From the human T2T-CHM13v2.0 reference genome, Homo sapiens: 64,000 nt of DNA. The notes under the pieces are model-generated. The model was not told where the DNA came from. It made no database searches and saw nothing but the letters and a program-made list of their open reading frames with translations. Below, one piece after another: positions 24,068-41,493 of the stretch. The translations under genes were made by a program, and so were the position numbers. Each line of letters starts with the position of its first letter. Position 1 is the stretch's first letter. Location of the stretch: the NCBI RefSeq assembly GCF_009914755.1, contig NC_060925.1. The stretch is one strand, 5' to 3'.

Positions 24068-25650
24068 CTGCAGAAAGAAACCTGTATGTAAGTATCCATA
24101 AGTCTTGGAGTGAAAGGATTTTTAAAAACCTGTAACTGCATATTACCAATGCAACGCATGAGCTTTCTTTTTCCTGTATACTAAAGTAGCTGGTATCTGC
24201 CTAATACAGTAAATATATCTCATCATCATTAATTCTATGATTTTTTTTTTTGGCGGGGCAGGGGACAGGGTCTCGCTCTATCACCCAGGCCAGAGTGCAG
24301 TGGCACAATCACGGCTCACCGCAGCCTCAACCTCCCAAAGCTCAGGTGATCCTCCTGCCTCAGTTCCTCAAATAGCTCGGACTATAGGTGCCCGCCACCA
24401 TGCCCAGCTAATTTTTGATTTTTAATAGTTAGTAGAGACGGGGTTTCTCCGTGTTACCCAGTCTGCTCTTGAACTCCTAGGCTCAAGCAATCTGCCTGCC
24501 TCCGCCTCCCAAAGTGCTGGGATTACAGGCGTGAACCATAGCGCCCAGCCTGATTATCTACTTTTAGTAAAGCACTAAATTCTAAACCTTAAGAAATCTT
24601 TACTCTTTAAAACATCACATTATATATTAAATTCTCTCATCACTAGATATGATCAAAAATCCTTCATTGGCCTTTAGCCATTATCACAGTAAAATAAATG
24701 ACCAAACATATTACTTATCTCCAATGTGTCAGAATTTTCATTACCAATTGATTTTAATATTTCCTTATCAAATGCTAAAAAGGTGCTAGACGTTTTCAAG
24801 AAAATCCTTTTGATGAGCTAGGAAAATGCCCAAGAATTGATGACTAGAAGAAGTTCTATCTTTTTAAAAAAATTTAACAAAGGAAATGATGTTTTTATAA
24901 AGCCCATTACAGGGCACCAATTTTGGGCTACCTAAAACTAGGATAGCTACTAGTTATAAAACTGCCAACTCACGTTACAACATTATCTTCAACCTTCAGG
25001 ATAAGGACTAAAACTTCTAACCTTATGAACAAACAGTACCACACTACAAAAAAGGAAATAGCAAACAAAAGGGCAGAGCAGAACTAACAGCTTGAGTAAT
25101 CACCACCTTGAGGCAATGGCAGCCTACACTAATGTTTTGAGTCAAAGTGTGCATCCTAAATTGGCATTTAATCTGCTGCTGATGACAGCGTTGCAACACC
25201 ATTCTAAGCAATGCTCAGGGGAAAAGGTTTTAAGATCAAAGTCAATTCTTGTCCATACATCTTCTTTCAAGAGTTTAAAGTTCAGATATCTGCTATCTAT
25301 TAACTTCCCATTCATCTCAGTCCAAAATTAACCATGTATAGATTCATCAAACTCTAAAATTATTTTAATTTTGTTGCCAATTTCAGTGACCTGAACTTTT
25401 GATTACTTGAAATAGGGAGAAAAATAAAACACCCACAATCCAGGCTGGCATCAGAATCAGACAACCAGATGAAATGAACAGGCTCTTTTGAGAAATCATT
25501 ACACTAGTTTTTCCTCTCATTTCCTTTCCTTTCAGGTAATTTAATGTTATTTAGTATAATATATGCAAATGTCTACCAAAGTGAAACTTTCAACTAACTT
25601 AGGCATGGTAATGAATTCAGACAAAAAGGGTAATAAAGGTAAGAGTTTAC

Positions 25651-25781
25651 CTTCCCAATCCTGCAACACAATGCACTGCAACACAGCAACCTGGCTCTTC
25701 ACGAAATTTGGTTTTTAACAGGTTTAACCAATCATCTACTATCTGATTAGGGGGTGGAGCTCCATCATCAAATGGCCAATC
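25651..25781 (-). CDS. PTP4A2: PRL-2 exon 4 (DWPFDDG loop and HCVAGLG-R active site, catalytic C101)
   Basis: Acceptor ttttcag|GAT, donor AG|gtaaac; 131 nt; WPFDD and CX5R motifs. Confidence 0.97.
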
Positions 25782-27329
25782 CTGAAAAGAAATGACCTTT
25801 TACATTAAATTGATATTTTCTCCATGATTAACATCCTAATACAGAATACCTGCACACAGTACACACGGCAGGCCTAACTGAACTAACTGCACTATATATA
25901 CCTATTGTTAACACAATTCTGATCATTGCTGTAAAATGATCCAGGATTGAAATTAAAGTTTGCCAAATAAATTACCCTTCTCAATGCAGTGTCGCACACA
26001 TCTGAATTTACAAAAACTTACAGAAATCTCTATCAGAGTCATAAGAGCTAGTGTTCTCCCAAAAATGATATCTGAATAGAGTAGTAATTAGACATAATAG
26101 ACAAAACTGTAATTAAAGCCAAGACAAAGTAACAGAGGACACAGCACATGTCAACATGATTTAAAAGTCCACTCTGGCAAAGCATACCAACTGGTGTCTC
26201 ATTGGTCTCTACAGATAATTGAAGATTATAATTCAAGATAACTAAGTTATGACATCTTTAGAGAAAGGTTATCTGATAAGAAATCTCCAATAGTTAGTAA
26301 ATCATAACAGAAACAAACTACCATCTTTGTGCTTATTAAAAGGCAAGCAGTGAGTATTTTTAAAGTGCTTACTAAATTATATATGTCCCCATTTAACAAG
26401 GACAGGGCTGCATGACAGGGTCCTGGGCAAATGGAGACCATTTTGTCAAGTATCCCTTTCTCTTTCTGTATTCACCTATTTGGGCTATCTTTCAATTAAG
26501 ACTAATCCCACGAGCATTCACAGTATAGGCAGGGGTTTATCTTCCTCACTACTTAGCAAGAGGTCCTAAGAAACCAACACAAATGGGGAGTGGAGGAGGG
26601 GGACTGGGGGCTGACATTTTACAAGCCTTCCCTCCTGCCATCTAAGCTTCAAAGATAGAAATGCAAAAACACTGTTAGGAATTTTTTTAAAAACATAAGG
26701 CTATTCTAATGAGATTGGATAAGGACACTTTAAGATATTAGGGGAGGAAAAAGAGAAAAGTGACAGAGCATTAAATTGATTCTGCATTCATTATTGGCAC
26801 CACTAGAACACTTCATGTAGCCCATTAGCCAAAACAGTACATGATTGAGTTGACAACTACGCCCCATAATTAAAGGACTGTGTTATTATAAATGTCACTA
26901 GAGAGTTTAACTGTAAATAGCAATAAAACCAGTACCTTAGTCAAGAGCTTACTTCCTCTAATACTCCCTAAAATGCACCTAGTTAAGAAACAATATAAAA
27001 CATGCTTCACTTACTCATATAAGTAGTGTCTATTTTTAAAAAAATCATTAATCATTTAGAAACATCTGAACCTCAAATTGATACAGCTAAAACCACCATT
27101 AGTCTATTCCAATGTGTGTCTGGTTTGCAAGAGCATTCAGAGGACTGACAGGCCTTATTTGGGGATATCCTCTTACCATGAAATGTTCCAAAACCCTCCT
27201 CACCTAGCAAAATTAGATTAACTCTTAAAATCTCTGTCTGGGAAAAGGAAATTCCAAGCTTAAGGCTAAATGCCCTTGTTTTTTCAAGTGTAAGTTAAAC
27301 CTTTCATTTTATCTGATCATAGCTATTTA

Positions 27330-27613
27330 TTTATTTGTTTGTTTGTTTGTTTTTAATGACTTATTTTCCTCTGGGTAGATACCCAGTAATGGGATTGCTG
27401 GATCAAATGATAGTTCTACTTTTAGTTCTTTAAGGAATCTCCACGCTGTTTTCTATAGTGGTTGTACTAGTTTACATTCCCACCAGCAGTGTACAAGTGT
27501 TCCCTTTTCACCACATCCCTGACAACATCTATTTTTTTTTTTAATTTTTTGATTACGGCCATTCTTACAGGAGTAAGGTGGTATCATATTGTGCTTTTGA
27601 TTTGCATTTCCCA
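27330..27613 (-). mobile_element. Short L1 fragment with TSD gatca(t/c)agctattta
   Basis: gggtagatacccagtaatgggattgctggatc motif; direct repeats at both ends. Confidence 0.75.
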
Positions 27614-29310
27614 GATCACAGCTATTTAAAACAAAACAAAAACCTAAATTTAAAGGCCTGGAATAAATCTTAGGCCTACCATTATCTTCCTCAAACTAGT
27701 TCAAGTTCTTTAGTTCATTTCTATTTCACAAAGATGTTTACCAACATTACTGACTCAAACAGACTATGGTCAATCCAGTCATTTTCTCACTCTGCCATCT
27801 GTCAAAACAAGTTGATTTTTGCTCACTAGAGAACATATTCATAATGCAGCAAAATAAACTTGTATGCAGCTTATTTTCGGAAGTTTAAATTTTATTACTA
27901 CTTTTTAAACACAGGGCTGCATTTGACATGTTTACACTCATTCCCAGTGATTTCCAGCAGTGGACAGTAAAGTCATTTAGAAATTTGACTGCAAGCAAAT
28001 TATTACCATGCCAAACTATTAAAACACATTATTGACTGATTGACTGACAAGGTCTCTGTCACCCAAGCTGGAGCACAGCAGCACAATCATGGCTCACTGC
28101 AGCCTTGACCTCTCGGGTTCAGGTGATCCTCCCACCTCAACCTCCCAAGTAGCTAGGACTATAGGTGCATGCCATCACGTCCAGCTAATTTTTGTATTTT
28201 TCGGAGAGACAGGGTTTCACCATGTTGCCCCACTAGTCTTGGAACTCCTGGACTCAAGTGATCCACCTACCTTGGCCTCCCAGAGTGGTGGGAACAGGCA
28301 TGAGCCACCACACAGGGCCCTAAAACACATTTTTTTAAAACACATTTGGCTATTTAGTTTTTATTTTCACCAAAATGGACATGAGGAAACTATGGATCAG
28401 ATATAAGAGGACTGCCTTACCAATAGGTCATTATTCTTTTTGCATCAACTGCCTTCCCAACCACTGACCAATATAATAAAGACTACAGAACTACCTCTCA
28501 ATAAGAAGCAGGAACATAACCTTAAACCAGTATCTTCCTTGTTACGTTCTTCCTAACTACTTATAAAATCTCCAGTTCTCTTCCTACTACATAACCTTCC
28601 CACAATCAAACCAACAGCTCAAAGACATCTAAAATTACAAGATCATTTCATTACGTGCTCCTAAAAGCTGCTCCTACAACTTAGACAACTACTTAGGGAA
28701 GAAAGAATAAAATGTTAACTAATCTGATGCTCCCATTTGCTATAAGGAAACAGCCTATTTTGATGCTAAAAAGGAACTTAATTTAAAATAATTCCAATCA
28801 CTTTGTGCTCAAATTGAGCTAGACAAAAAATCTAATCATACTAAAGCTCCTCAGAAACCTAACAAAAAGTATCAGAAACTATGCTGATTACTCTGGAGGA
28901 GGATGCCTTCTACCTCTCCTCATCCTCTTATCCCACCTTTTTGCCTCCTACAAGTTATCCACAAAATATTAAGTAACTAATCTTGTACTTGCAAAGTGGC
29001 AGAGTTCCATATGGACTTAAGAATGTCTGATGGAAATTACTTTCATTATATTCAAATTAGTAGCCTAGAAACAAAAGCTAAATATTGTATTAATTTCCTA
29101 AAAAATAAAACTTGCAAATTTACATGTTGTTAAAATAAGAGCACACTAAATTTTGCTTTTTATTAGTTGAAAATACTATGATTTGTAGGCTTTAAGAGCA
29201 CAAATGAACAAAACTGCCAATTTGTTAATCCAAAAGAATTTGAAAGATTGCTATCAATAATGTATTTTCCACTACAACCTTAAAAAAATCCAAAAGTATT
29301 ACTGCCAGGG

Positions 29311-29780
<470 letters not shown>

Positions 29781-29848
29781 TAGTTTTATAAATATTTATG
29801 TTTGAAAGATACAACTTGTTTTGAAAAATTTAAATACTACACACTCAC

Positions 29849-29941
29849 TAGAACGTGGATTCCTTCTTTTTCAACTGGAGCTTTATCATATGTAGCATCA
29901 CAAACTCGAACCAAAGTCGTCACTCCATACTTCTTAAGTTC
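29849..29941 (-). CDS. PTP4A2: PRL-2 exon 3 (aa 33-63, [31 protein letters not shown])
   Basis: Acceptor T15-aaag|G, donor CTA|gtgagt; 93 nt, phase 0-0; contains C46. Confidence 0.97.
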
Positions 29942-29963
29942 CTTTAAAAAAAAAAAAAAATTA

Positions 29964-30347
<384 letters not shown>

Positions 30348-31820
30348 TTAAAACAATGAGATATCATTTTTAGACAAAGATCAGAATTGTTCTCACTGTG
30401 GTTATATATTCAATGGACACTCATGAAATCTCAGTGGCAGTGTGAGACTCACCTTTCTAAAGGGCAGTTTGGTAGCATAACGTGAAAACTTACACAAAAG
30501 TTCACATACACTGCAACCTAAAAATTCTACTTCTGGGAGTTTATACAAAAGAAATAATTAAAGACATATACAAATATTTAGGTAACAGCACATTCACCAC
30601 AAACTGGAATGGTGAAAAATTAGAAACCACATTAATGGTCCAAAAATAAGGGAATGATTAAAGAAGTATGGCACATCCATATAGTGAACACTATGACAGC
30701 TATAAAAACAATACCAAGGAAGATGGGGAAAGATTTTAAAAAATATATAGTGTGATCCTATCTGTATGTGTATTTATGAATACACACAGATATATGCAGA
30801 GAAAAACATCTAGAAGCCAGTTATTAACAATTAAATGTTGTTAAATTCTTTTTGCTTATCTGTATCTTTATATTTTTATGAAATAAACATGCTTTTTTTA
30901 AAGAAATAAAATTCTGAAATTAAGAAAAAAAGTGGTATATTAAAAAGACAGCTAATGCAGTTATAGCCAGAAGCCTTGCTCCTTTAAAACTCTCCCTACG
31001 GTGAATCCCTAACCCAGTGACTACCTATCTTCAAGGGGCTACCAATATCTTTTTTATAGTTGCAGGAGGACAGTGGCCTGTGCCACTTCTGGAGACTATG
31101 GCCAAGGAATCCACAGGTTGAAAATAGTACCACATAATTCAGCCAGGCTTAAAGGTGACTGAACAATCTGAGGGCATACAGGCGTAGAATCAACTTGTAC
31201 GCTGTGTATACAAAGTTAAGAAGCTCAGGGAATTATAAGTATAAATAAGCAGGCACAGTGATATCCTATAAGAAGGGTCCATCATTTAGTTATCTAAAGT
31301 GTAAAATTATTTTAATTGCTAAAGGACTTCATTTTTCACAAAAAGGCCTTCTTATAATACAGACTCAAGAAAGGTAGAAGTATTGTCAGGAATTTTAAAA
31401 ATGTTTCAAAATACAAATAAAATCCCATTAAAATAAACTCTGTAATAGCCATTCATTGAAAAGTTGCGATAAAATTTTTTATGGTATTTGTGACCTTAAG
31501 CAAGTCAAATCCTCTTTTGGTCTCAGTTTTCCCATCTATAAAATGAAAATCACTAAGAGTTCACCCACCTTTCTAACTCTACTCCATAAATACAGCAAGA
31601 AAAATCATTTAAACTCAACAACCCAAGAATGATTAAAAAGCTTATGTTCTGGTCAGGCACAGTGGCTCACGCCTGTAATCCCAGCATTTTGGGAGGCCGA
31701 GGAAGGCGGATCACGAGGTCAAGAGATCAAGACCATCCTGGCCAACACGGTGAAACTTCGTCTCTACTAAAAATACAAAAATTAGCTGGGTGTGGTGGCG
31801 CGCGCCTGTAGTCCCAGCTA

Positions 31821-31940
<120 letters not shown>

Positions 31941-32017
31941 TCATGCCTGTAATCCCAGCACTTTGGGAGGCCGAGGTGACAGATCACAAGGTCAGGAGAT
32001 CAAGACCATCCTGGCTA

Positions 32018-32305
<288 letters not shown>

Positions 32306-32925
32306 CTACCTCTACCACCTTTCCTTCACCCAAGTTTCTGGACCCTTGTATACGATTATTACAACGAAGTAGTCTGGGGGTGCCTTTTCATCAAAGGTGG
32401 TTAGAATATCTGAAGTACATACAGAATGGTTTTTAGTGTCAGACACCTAGGCAAGTACATTAGTTCCACCACATACTATGTGCCATTAGGCAAATTACTA
32501 AATGGCTCTGAACCTGTTTCCTCATTGGTAAGAGGGAAATAATGGTAGCTACACCTCATAGGGTTTTTGTATTTGTGACCTTAAGCACAAACACTGCTCG
32601 TTGCATAATGTGTAACATTGTTTGTTATAATGCTAAGTGCATATCGTGGTCAATAAATGTTAATTATCATTACTGAATGTTTGACCAAAAAAACCTGTCA
32701 ATAAATGTAGAAAGAACACAGAGAAAACAGTACTAGATATCTCTACAGTCCCCAAATTTCACAAAATGTTCTTGAAAAAATCTGCTGTAACTAACCCAAC
32801 CCAATTCAAACCAGGATTGGCAGGATGACTCCAAATACAGAATAAATGGCTTTGTGCTAAGAGAATTTTTTAATGGGATTTTACCTAGAAATCAATCCAA
32901 AAAGTAGACCATGCCACAATCTTAC

Positions 32926-33021
32926 CTCTGTGAACTTGTTGAGAGTAGCATTGGTAGGGTTGTGAGTTATCAGAAAACGCATGTTCTCATAGGAGATCTC
33001 CACAGGGGCTGGACGGTTCAT
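32926..33021 (-). CDS. PTP4A2: PRL-2 coding part of exon 2 (aa 1-32, [10 protein letters not shown]...NKFTE)
   Basis: ATG at 33021 (gccataATGa, A at -3); 96 nt; donor GAG|gtaag at 32925; phase 0. Confidence 0.97.
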
Positions 33022-33614
33022 TATGGCAAATAAAAAGTGTGAGCGTGCGTGTGAGTGTGATGGGGAAAGTGAAAAAAAAAAATCAATAAATCTTGAAATG
33101 TTTCACAGCAGAAAACATTAAAAAGACCACTAAAATGCCTATTATCAATCAGTGTTTTCTCTATTCAACTTGTTTATTCCTTATGAAGCTTCTCTCTTCA
33201 AGATAAGCAAAGTATTTAGAATCCACTTGAATCCAAATTCAATTTGGGCCTCAATTTCTGCAGATGGATACCTTCGGACTCCAAAAAATCCAACTACATA
33301 CAAAACTTAAGCAGCCTTTACTACATTTAGGCACTAGTGAGACAAGTTAAAAGTGTAGGTCACTTTCCACTTGTTTACTTGATGCTTAATTTTACTGGAG
33401 TCATTAAAAGAAATATGCTTGCAATTAAAAAAAAAAAAAGCCAACTATTTCTGAGGCCAGTCTCGGTGTCCAGGAGTCTTCAAGGCAATGTTAATTATGG
33501 CACATAGAACCTCCAAGCTCACTTGTCAGCGAAAATGCTGTGCTGAGCCTGGCAGAAGTCTGCCCTCACACTCAGAATCGCCATAAATGTGCAACGTATA
33601 TTCCAACGAAAAAC
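33022..33614 (-). other. PTP4A2: 5'UTR part of exon 2 (whole exon 33614-32926, 689 nt)
   Basis: Strong acceptor cttttcttctccag|GTTTTTCG at 33615/33614; repeat-free; several upstream ATGs. Confidence 0.85.
33519..33614 (-). CDS. uORF part 2 (VFRWNIRCTF-MAILSVRADFCQAQHSIFADK*), internal ATG at 33584
   Basis: Open from the first base of exon 2 to TGA at 33521-33519. PRL-1/2 mRNAs are known to carry a conserved Mg-responsive uORF; identity with this one is inferred. Confidence 0.7.
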   Translation of the reverse strand, partial: VFRWNIRCTFMAILSVRADFCQAQHSIFADK

Positions 33615-33800
33615 CTGGAGAAGAAAAGAATAAGTAAAATGAACTAGAGGCTGATGGCACAGTAAACACAAATGCCTGAAGTCAAAATACATTCTTTATA
33701 AGCCCAAAGCGATGTGAAATGTCACCAATTATACGTTATTACCATCTATGAAGAATTGGATAAAGGGGTATTATGAAGAGTTTTAAAAATCAGAGACTCG

Positions 33801-34422
<622 letters not shown>

Positions 34423-34479
34423 TCAGAGACTCGATTACTTTTAACTCAAATAATTTTTAAATGATTACTAGATACTTAA

Positions 34480-34743
<264 letters not shown>

Positions 34744-36278
34744 TAGGCCTCCCAAAGTGCTGGGATTACAGGCGTGAACTACTGCGCCTGGCCCATGAAC
34801 TCTTCATAAACTTCACAAAGATCTCCTTATTTTTCTGCTTTGATGGTTAGGTCCTTCACATATACTCTTTGGTTAAAATAAGGTGTACCTATAAATGGGT
34901 AGAGGATATTAATCAAAATTTCACTTTGAGGATTTTATTCTTTCTATCCAAAGTATATGTGTTGGCCCTCAATGATGAGACTAACTCATAAGGCACTCTC
35001 AAAAAATCCTGTGATCCAACACTGTACTGACAGTACTTTCCTATATGATACTGTAATGTTTCACACAATGCAGTGGACATAACCAACTTGTTACGTAAAT
35101 AAAGAATTGATTTTTTAAAAATCATTTCCCCTTTTCCTCACAAGTCTTGAGTAGTTGTTACAACATATAAGGAATGAGGAAAGAAGATCAGAAAAATGAA
35201 GTGACTTGCCTAACATCACACAATGGAAGTTTTTAACTGAGCCCAAATTCAAACCCAAGTCTTCTGTTAGTCCCGTTTTTTCCAATGTACCACAAATGCC
35301 TCCTGACTCAACTAATGTATAAACCTCATCCTCTCCTTTCTATTTCAGTTTACCTTTTTATTATTTGTCACATAATAATTGCCTCAAGAATACAAAATTA
35401 TTTGAAGGTCACTGATTCACACACACTTCTCCCCAAACATTAATCCCTACCAAAAAAACAAAGCAAGAAGTGACAGAATTTTTATTATTATTTTTAGGCC
35501 TGCTGCTTTGAAACACAGTAATCTTTACAGCTGGCTCAGTCAGAGAACATCAACATAATCATAAATTCCTCTGGAAAAAGGGACAAAGCTTAAGTTCTTT
35601 CACTTGCCTTTTCCCTAAGTTACCAATAAAGGCTTATTTAGAAGTCTCTAAAAAATAGCTGTAACCAGACAGAAATAGGTATGAAAGATAATGACTACGG
35701 AACCATTTTCAGGAAGAAACTGAAATATATAGGTAAGTAGCTAGGCCTACAAAGCTTCAACACTATTCATCTATCCTCAAGCTTTTTTTATGATACTCTT
35801 ATGGCATTTTATTGTGTAAATTGCATACTTGTGATTATATAACCACGGACACAAACATAAAACTAAAATAATATAAAAGACACAAATGAAATTCAAAATG
35901 GCATTCTAAGAACTTCAATAATACTACAGCAGAATGAGTTACTCGCTACAGTAAAAACACAAAATGTCTACCCTCAAAACTAAAAACAAAAATACATTCC
36001 ATCGCTCTTCCTACCTCAAAATTCTAACTGTAACCCCAAAACATAGCCACCTTAGATTACAGAGGAAAACATTTCATAAAGTACTCCTTGTACAGTCAAG
36101 AAATTTTAGAACCAACAGAAACATCAACTACCCTGACCTTTTAAAAAATAAAAAAGTTGGCCGGGCGTGATGGCTCACGCCTGTATCTCAGCACTTTGGT
36201 AGGCCAAGGCAGGCAGATCACCTGAGGTCAGGAGTTCAAGACCAGCCTGATCAACATGGAGAAACCCCATCTCTACTA

Positions 36279-36467
<189 letters not shown>

Positions 36468-36542
36468 TCAGAGAGGTTAAAATGGCTTAAGTATGATCGC
36501 ACTGCTAACTGGTAGCAGCTTAAGAACAAAAACCCAGGTTTG

Positions 36543-36544
36543 TT

Positions 36545-36592
<48 letters not shown>
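36543..36592. repeat. (CTTT)n derived from an Alu tail
   Basis: Abuts a minus-strand Alu. Confidence 0.9.
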
Positions 36593-36752
36593 TTATTTAT
36601 TTTGAGACAGGTTTTCACTCTGTCACCCAGGCTGAGTGCAGTGGCGCGATCATGGCTCACCGCAGCCTCAACCTCCTGTCTCAAGCGATCCTCCCACCTC
36701 AGGCTCCTGAGGAGCTGGGAACACAGGTGCACACCACCAGGCTAATTTTTGA

Positions 36753-37085
<333 letters not shown>

Positions 37086-37148
37086 TGAAGGCCTGACCTC
37101 GTGATCTGCCCACCTTGGCCTCCCAAAGTGCTGGGATTACAGACGTGA

Positions 37149-37590
<442 letters not shown>

Positions 37591-39410
37591 TGCCTCAACC
37601 TCTTGAGTAGCTGGGACTACAGGTGCATGCCACTGCGCCCAGCTAATATTTTTAAAGTATTTTTGGAGAGACGGGGGCCTTGCTATGTTGCCCAGGCTGG
37701 TCTAAAACTCCTGGGCTCAAGCGATCCTCCAGCTTTGGCCTCCTAAAGCACAGGGATTACAGGCCTCGTGAGCCACTAAGTCCAGCCCCACATATTTTTC
37801 AAGTTGCAATCTTCCATACAAGTATAATTTTTTTTCCAAATATCTGCTTGGATGTTCATCTCCAACTCTGCGACCTTAAAATAAGGTGGGAGACTGGGTG
37901 GAGTTTATTAAAGTAACTACTCAAAGAACAATAGTTTGCATGCAATGCAGAGCAAAACACAAGGAAATTCTAACCTATTTGAATCCCTTTGGTTCAATGA
38001 CGTTATCACTGCAAATGTGTGTCAGCTGAGTAAAGGCACTGAAAGACCTGCATTGTAGTGACAGCCAGGCTTAAAGGCTACAGCTCCAGCATTAAGTTTT
38101 CTACCTAGTCTCCAGTGTGTGTCTGCTCAGCAAACAGAACAAGCTTTATCCCATCTTACTCTCCCAACCTCATTTTGGAAAGACCATTTCCAGGAATAAA
38201 GATAATTCATTATTAAGATTTTCAATTCTTAATACTGAGAACCCAGCAAAGGAATTTCTGCCAAAAGAAACAGTATGTTCTAGCACTTTTAACAGATACA
38301 TGATAAAAACAAGCTTCTGTTCCCTCCCCCTCCATCAAGAGTTCAACTACACATCAACAGTTACATTTTTGCACCTGTCAATTCAGATAAACTAATGTTA
38401 ATTCCTGTGACACACTTAGGAATGCAAAGCAAACAGTGTGTAAAAAATCATAAACAACCTATCACAGCTAGAAAGTACTCAAAAGTTGCAGAACCCTATG
38501 TTTTAACATAAATTCAGTGCATGTACACCATACAGGAAAATTCTCCTAAAGTTGTCTCTCTGACATTAATTCTGCTCTATCTACTTAAATAAATTATTGT
38601 TTTAACTTACCAAGTGATGAAAAAGGCTAGTTTACTTGACATATAACAGTGGTAAATTCAAATATACACCCAAATACTCTCTCTCCATTTAATTTTATCA
38701 TAAAACCTAACTTTTAAAATGTTGAATTTGGGATATTTCCATTTCCTAGGCAACATTTCCATTTTTAACAAAAGAATACAACTTCAATGAAGGATGAGAA
38801 AGGATAGTCTGTGACAGAGAAGTCCTTTTAAATTAAGAAAGGAGGGAGATAAGGGATAAAAAAAAAGAAAAAACTATCCAGAGGTTAAAAAGAAAACATC
38901 TGTATGAACTGATATGAAATGACAGCTAAAAGACACTAATAAGTAAAAAAAGGCACAGTACATGACAGTATCAACAGTGTGCTTAGAAATATGTGTGAGT
39001 ACTGTATGCATTCATGCACATGGGATATCTGGAAGATTACAAAGATAAGAGATAACAGTGGTTTCCTAGGGTTGGGGCAGGGCCAGGAACACAGGACTGA
39101 AGGCTGGAGGTCAACAGCACGATTTACTACATCTTAACATATACCTTTTGAACTGTTTTAACTTTTCCCATGTACATATGGTATTACCTTTAAAAAAAAT
39201 TCTAAGGTGATAAGAACCCTATAATGATTTACAATCAAACTACGTTCTTAACAGTTCTATAATCATAGGATTAGAAAGAGGCTCCAGAGGGCTAGTCCTC
39301 TGTCCCAGGCAGGTCTGTACCTACACAATTCCATAAAGTGTTTTCTTTCCTGTTAAAGAGGCTAAATGAGTAAAATTCACGTCCTGCCTTGGCAACTGTA
39401 ATTCTAACTA

Positions 39411-39787
<377 letters not shown>

Positions 39788-39838
39788 TTACCGGGCATCC
39801 TTTTAAAATTCCTATCAATTGGCGGGCACAGTGGCTCA

Positions 39839-40069
<231 letters not shown>

Positions 40070-40091
40070 CTAGATTCCGTTTCAAAAAATT

Positions 40092-40122
<31 letters not shown>

Positions 40123-41120
40123 TATTTATCTCTCCTATCAATCCACTCACATCAGGATTTCTAAGAAATCATCCCTTTACATTTCCAAATTAAATGATAC
40201 AATAAACCCTCTAATTTGGTGAGCTACGCCAGTATTCACCAAATTAAAACAGCACATTAAAATATAAAGGTACAATAAAAGAATTCTAGATTTAAGGAAA
40301 TACAGTCTAAAAGCAAAGGTCTAAAAAAAACGAGTATGCATATATTTACTGCTACTTTTCTTACCAGAAATTTTACAGGAAGTAATGCAAATTTGAGTCA
40401 GCTTGGTTTCAACAATCAGTCAACATGAAAGCCTAATAATGTAATATACAACTAACACCTTGCAACATTTTTTTCCTAAAGCAAATTCCCTTCATGTCAA
40501 TAGCCACTTTTATTTCCCCTTAAAATAAGTATAAAAAATCTAATCTGTCAACAGTAAAGAATTTATCCTCCTGAAGAGCTAGGCATTTTCCTCAAATTCT
40601 TTCATTAATTCAAATATTTACAGAACATGTACTATGGGTCACATACTCTTACAGGTGCAAGAGCAATAAGCAAAACAAAAATTTCTGTTGGGATGGATCT
40701 TACACTTTACTGGGCAGAAAAAAAGAAATAAAAATGTCACTGCTCTGGAGAAAAATTAGAAGTAGGGGAATTAGCAGTGCCAGAGGGAGGGGGGTTCCAA
40801 TTTTAAATAAGGCTAACAGGAAAGGCCTCACTGAAAAAAGTGACTTTTTATCCAAGAGCTGAGAGTGTGAGCCAAACAGGTATTTGGGGAGCATTTTAGG
40901 CAGAGGATTAACTGCTGCAAAGGTTATGAGGTGGGGACAAGCTTAGAGTATGCTAGGAACAAGGGAACCAATGCTACTGGAACAGAGAGGACAATGGAAT
41001 GAATAGAGTCAGAGAAATAAAAGAGAGCCTTATAGGCCACTAAAAGCATTTGACTTTTATTCAGAAAATGATGCCTCTCCAAATGAAGCCAATGAAGGGT
41101 TTCACTCAAGAGTGACAACT

Positions 41121-41493
41121 CAAAGCCATAAAAAATAATGAAATCATGTCCTTTGCAGCAACATGGATGCAGCTGGAGGCCATTATCCTAAGCGAATTAA
41201 CGCAGGAACAGAAAACCAAATACCGCATGTTCTCACTTATAAGTGGGAGCTAAACACTGAGTACACATAGACTCAAAGAGGGGAACAACAGACACTGGGG
41301 ACCACTTGAGGGTGGAGGGTGAGAGGAGAGTGGGGCTTGAAAAACTACTTATCAGGTACTATGCTTGCTAACTGGTGACGAGGTGACAAAATCATTTGTA
41401 CGCCAAACCCGAGCGACATTCAATTTACCCACGTAACAAACCTGCACATGTACACACTGAACCTAACATAAAAGCTGAAAAAGGAGAGAAAAA
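41121..41493 (+). mobile_element. L1 3' end inserted in an L2 remnant, TSD aagagtga(c/t)aact
   Basis: gaaatcatgtcctttgcagcaacatggatg...gtaacaaacctgcacatgtac motifs. Confidence 0.85.

Noticed and set aside
28089-28406. 105-aa ATG ORF antisense in intron 3
   Set aside because: Mostly antisense-Alu translation ([20 protein letters not shown]); same for most ORFs in the track.
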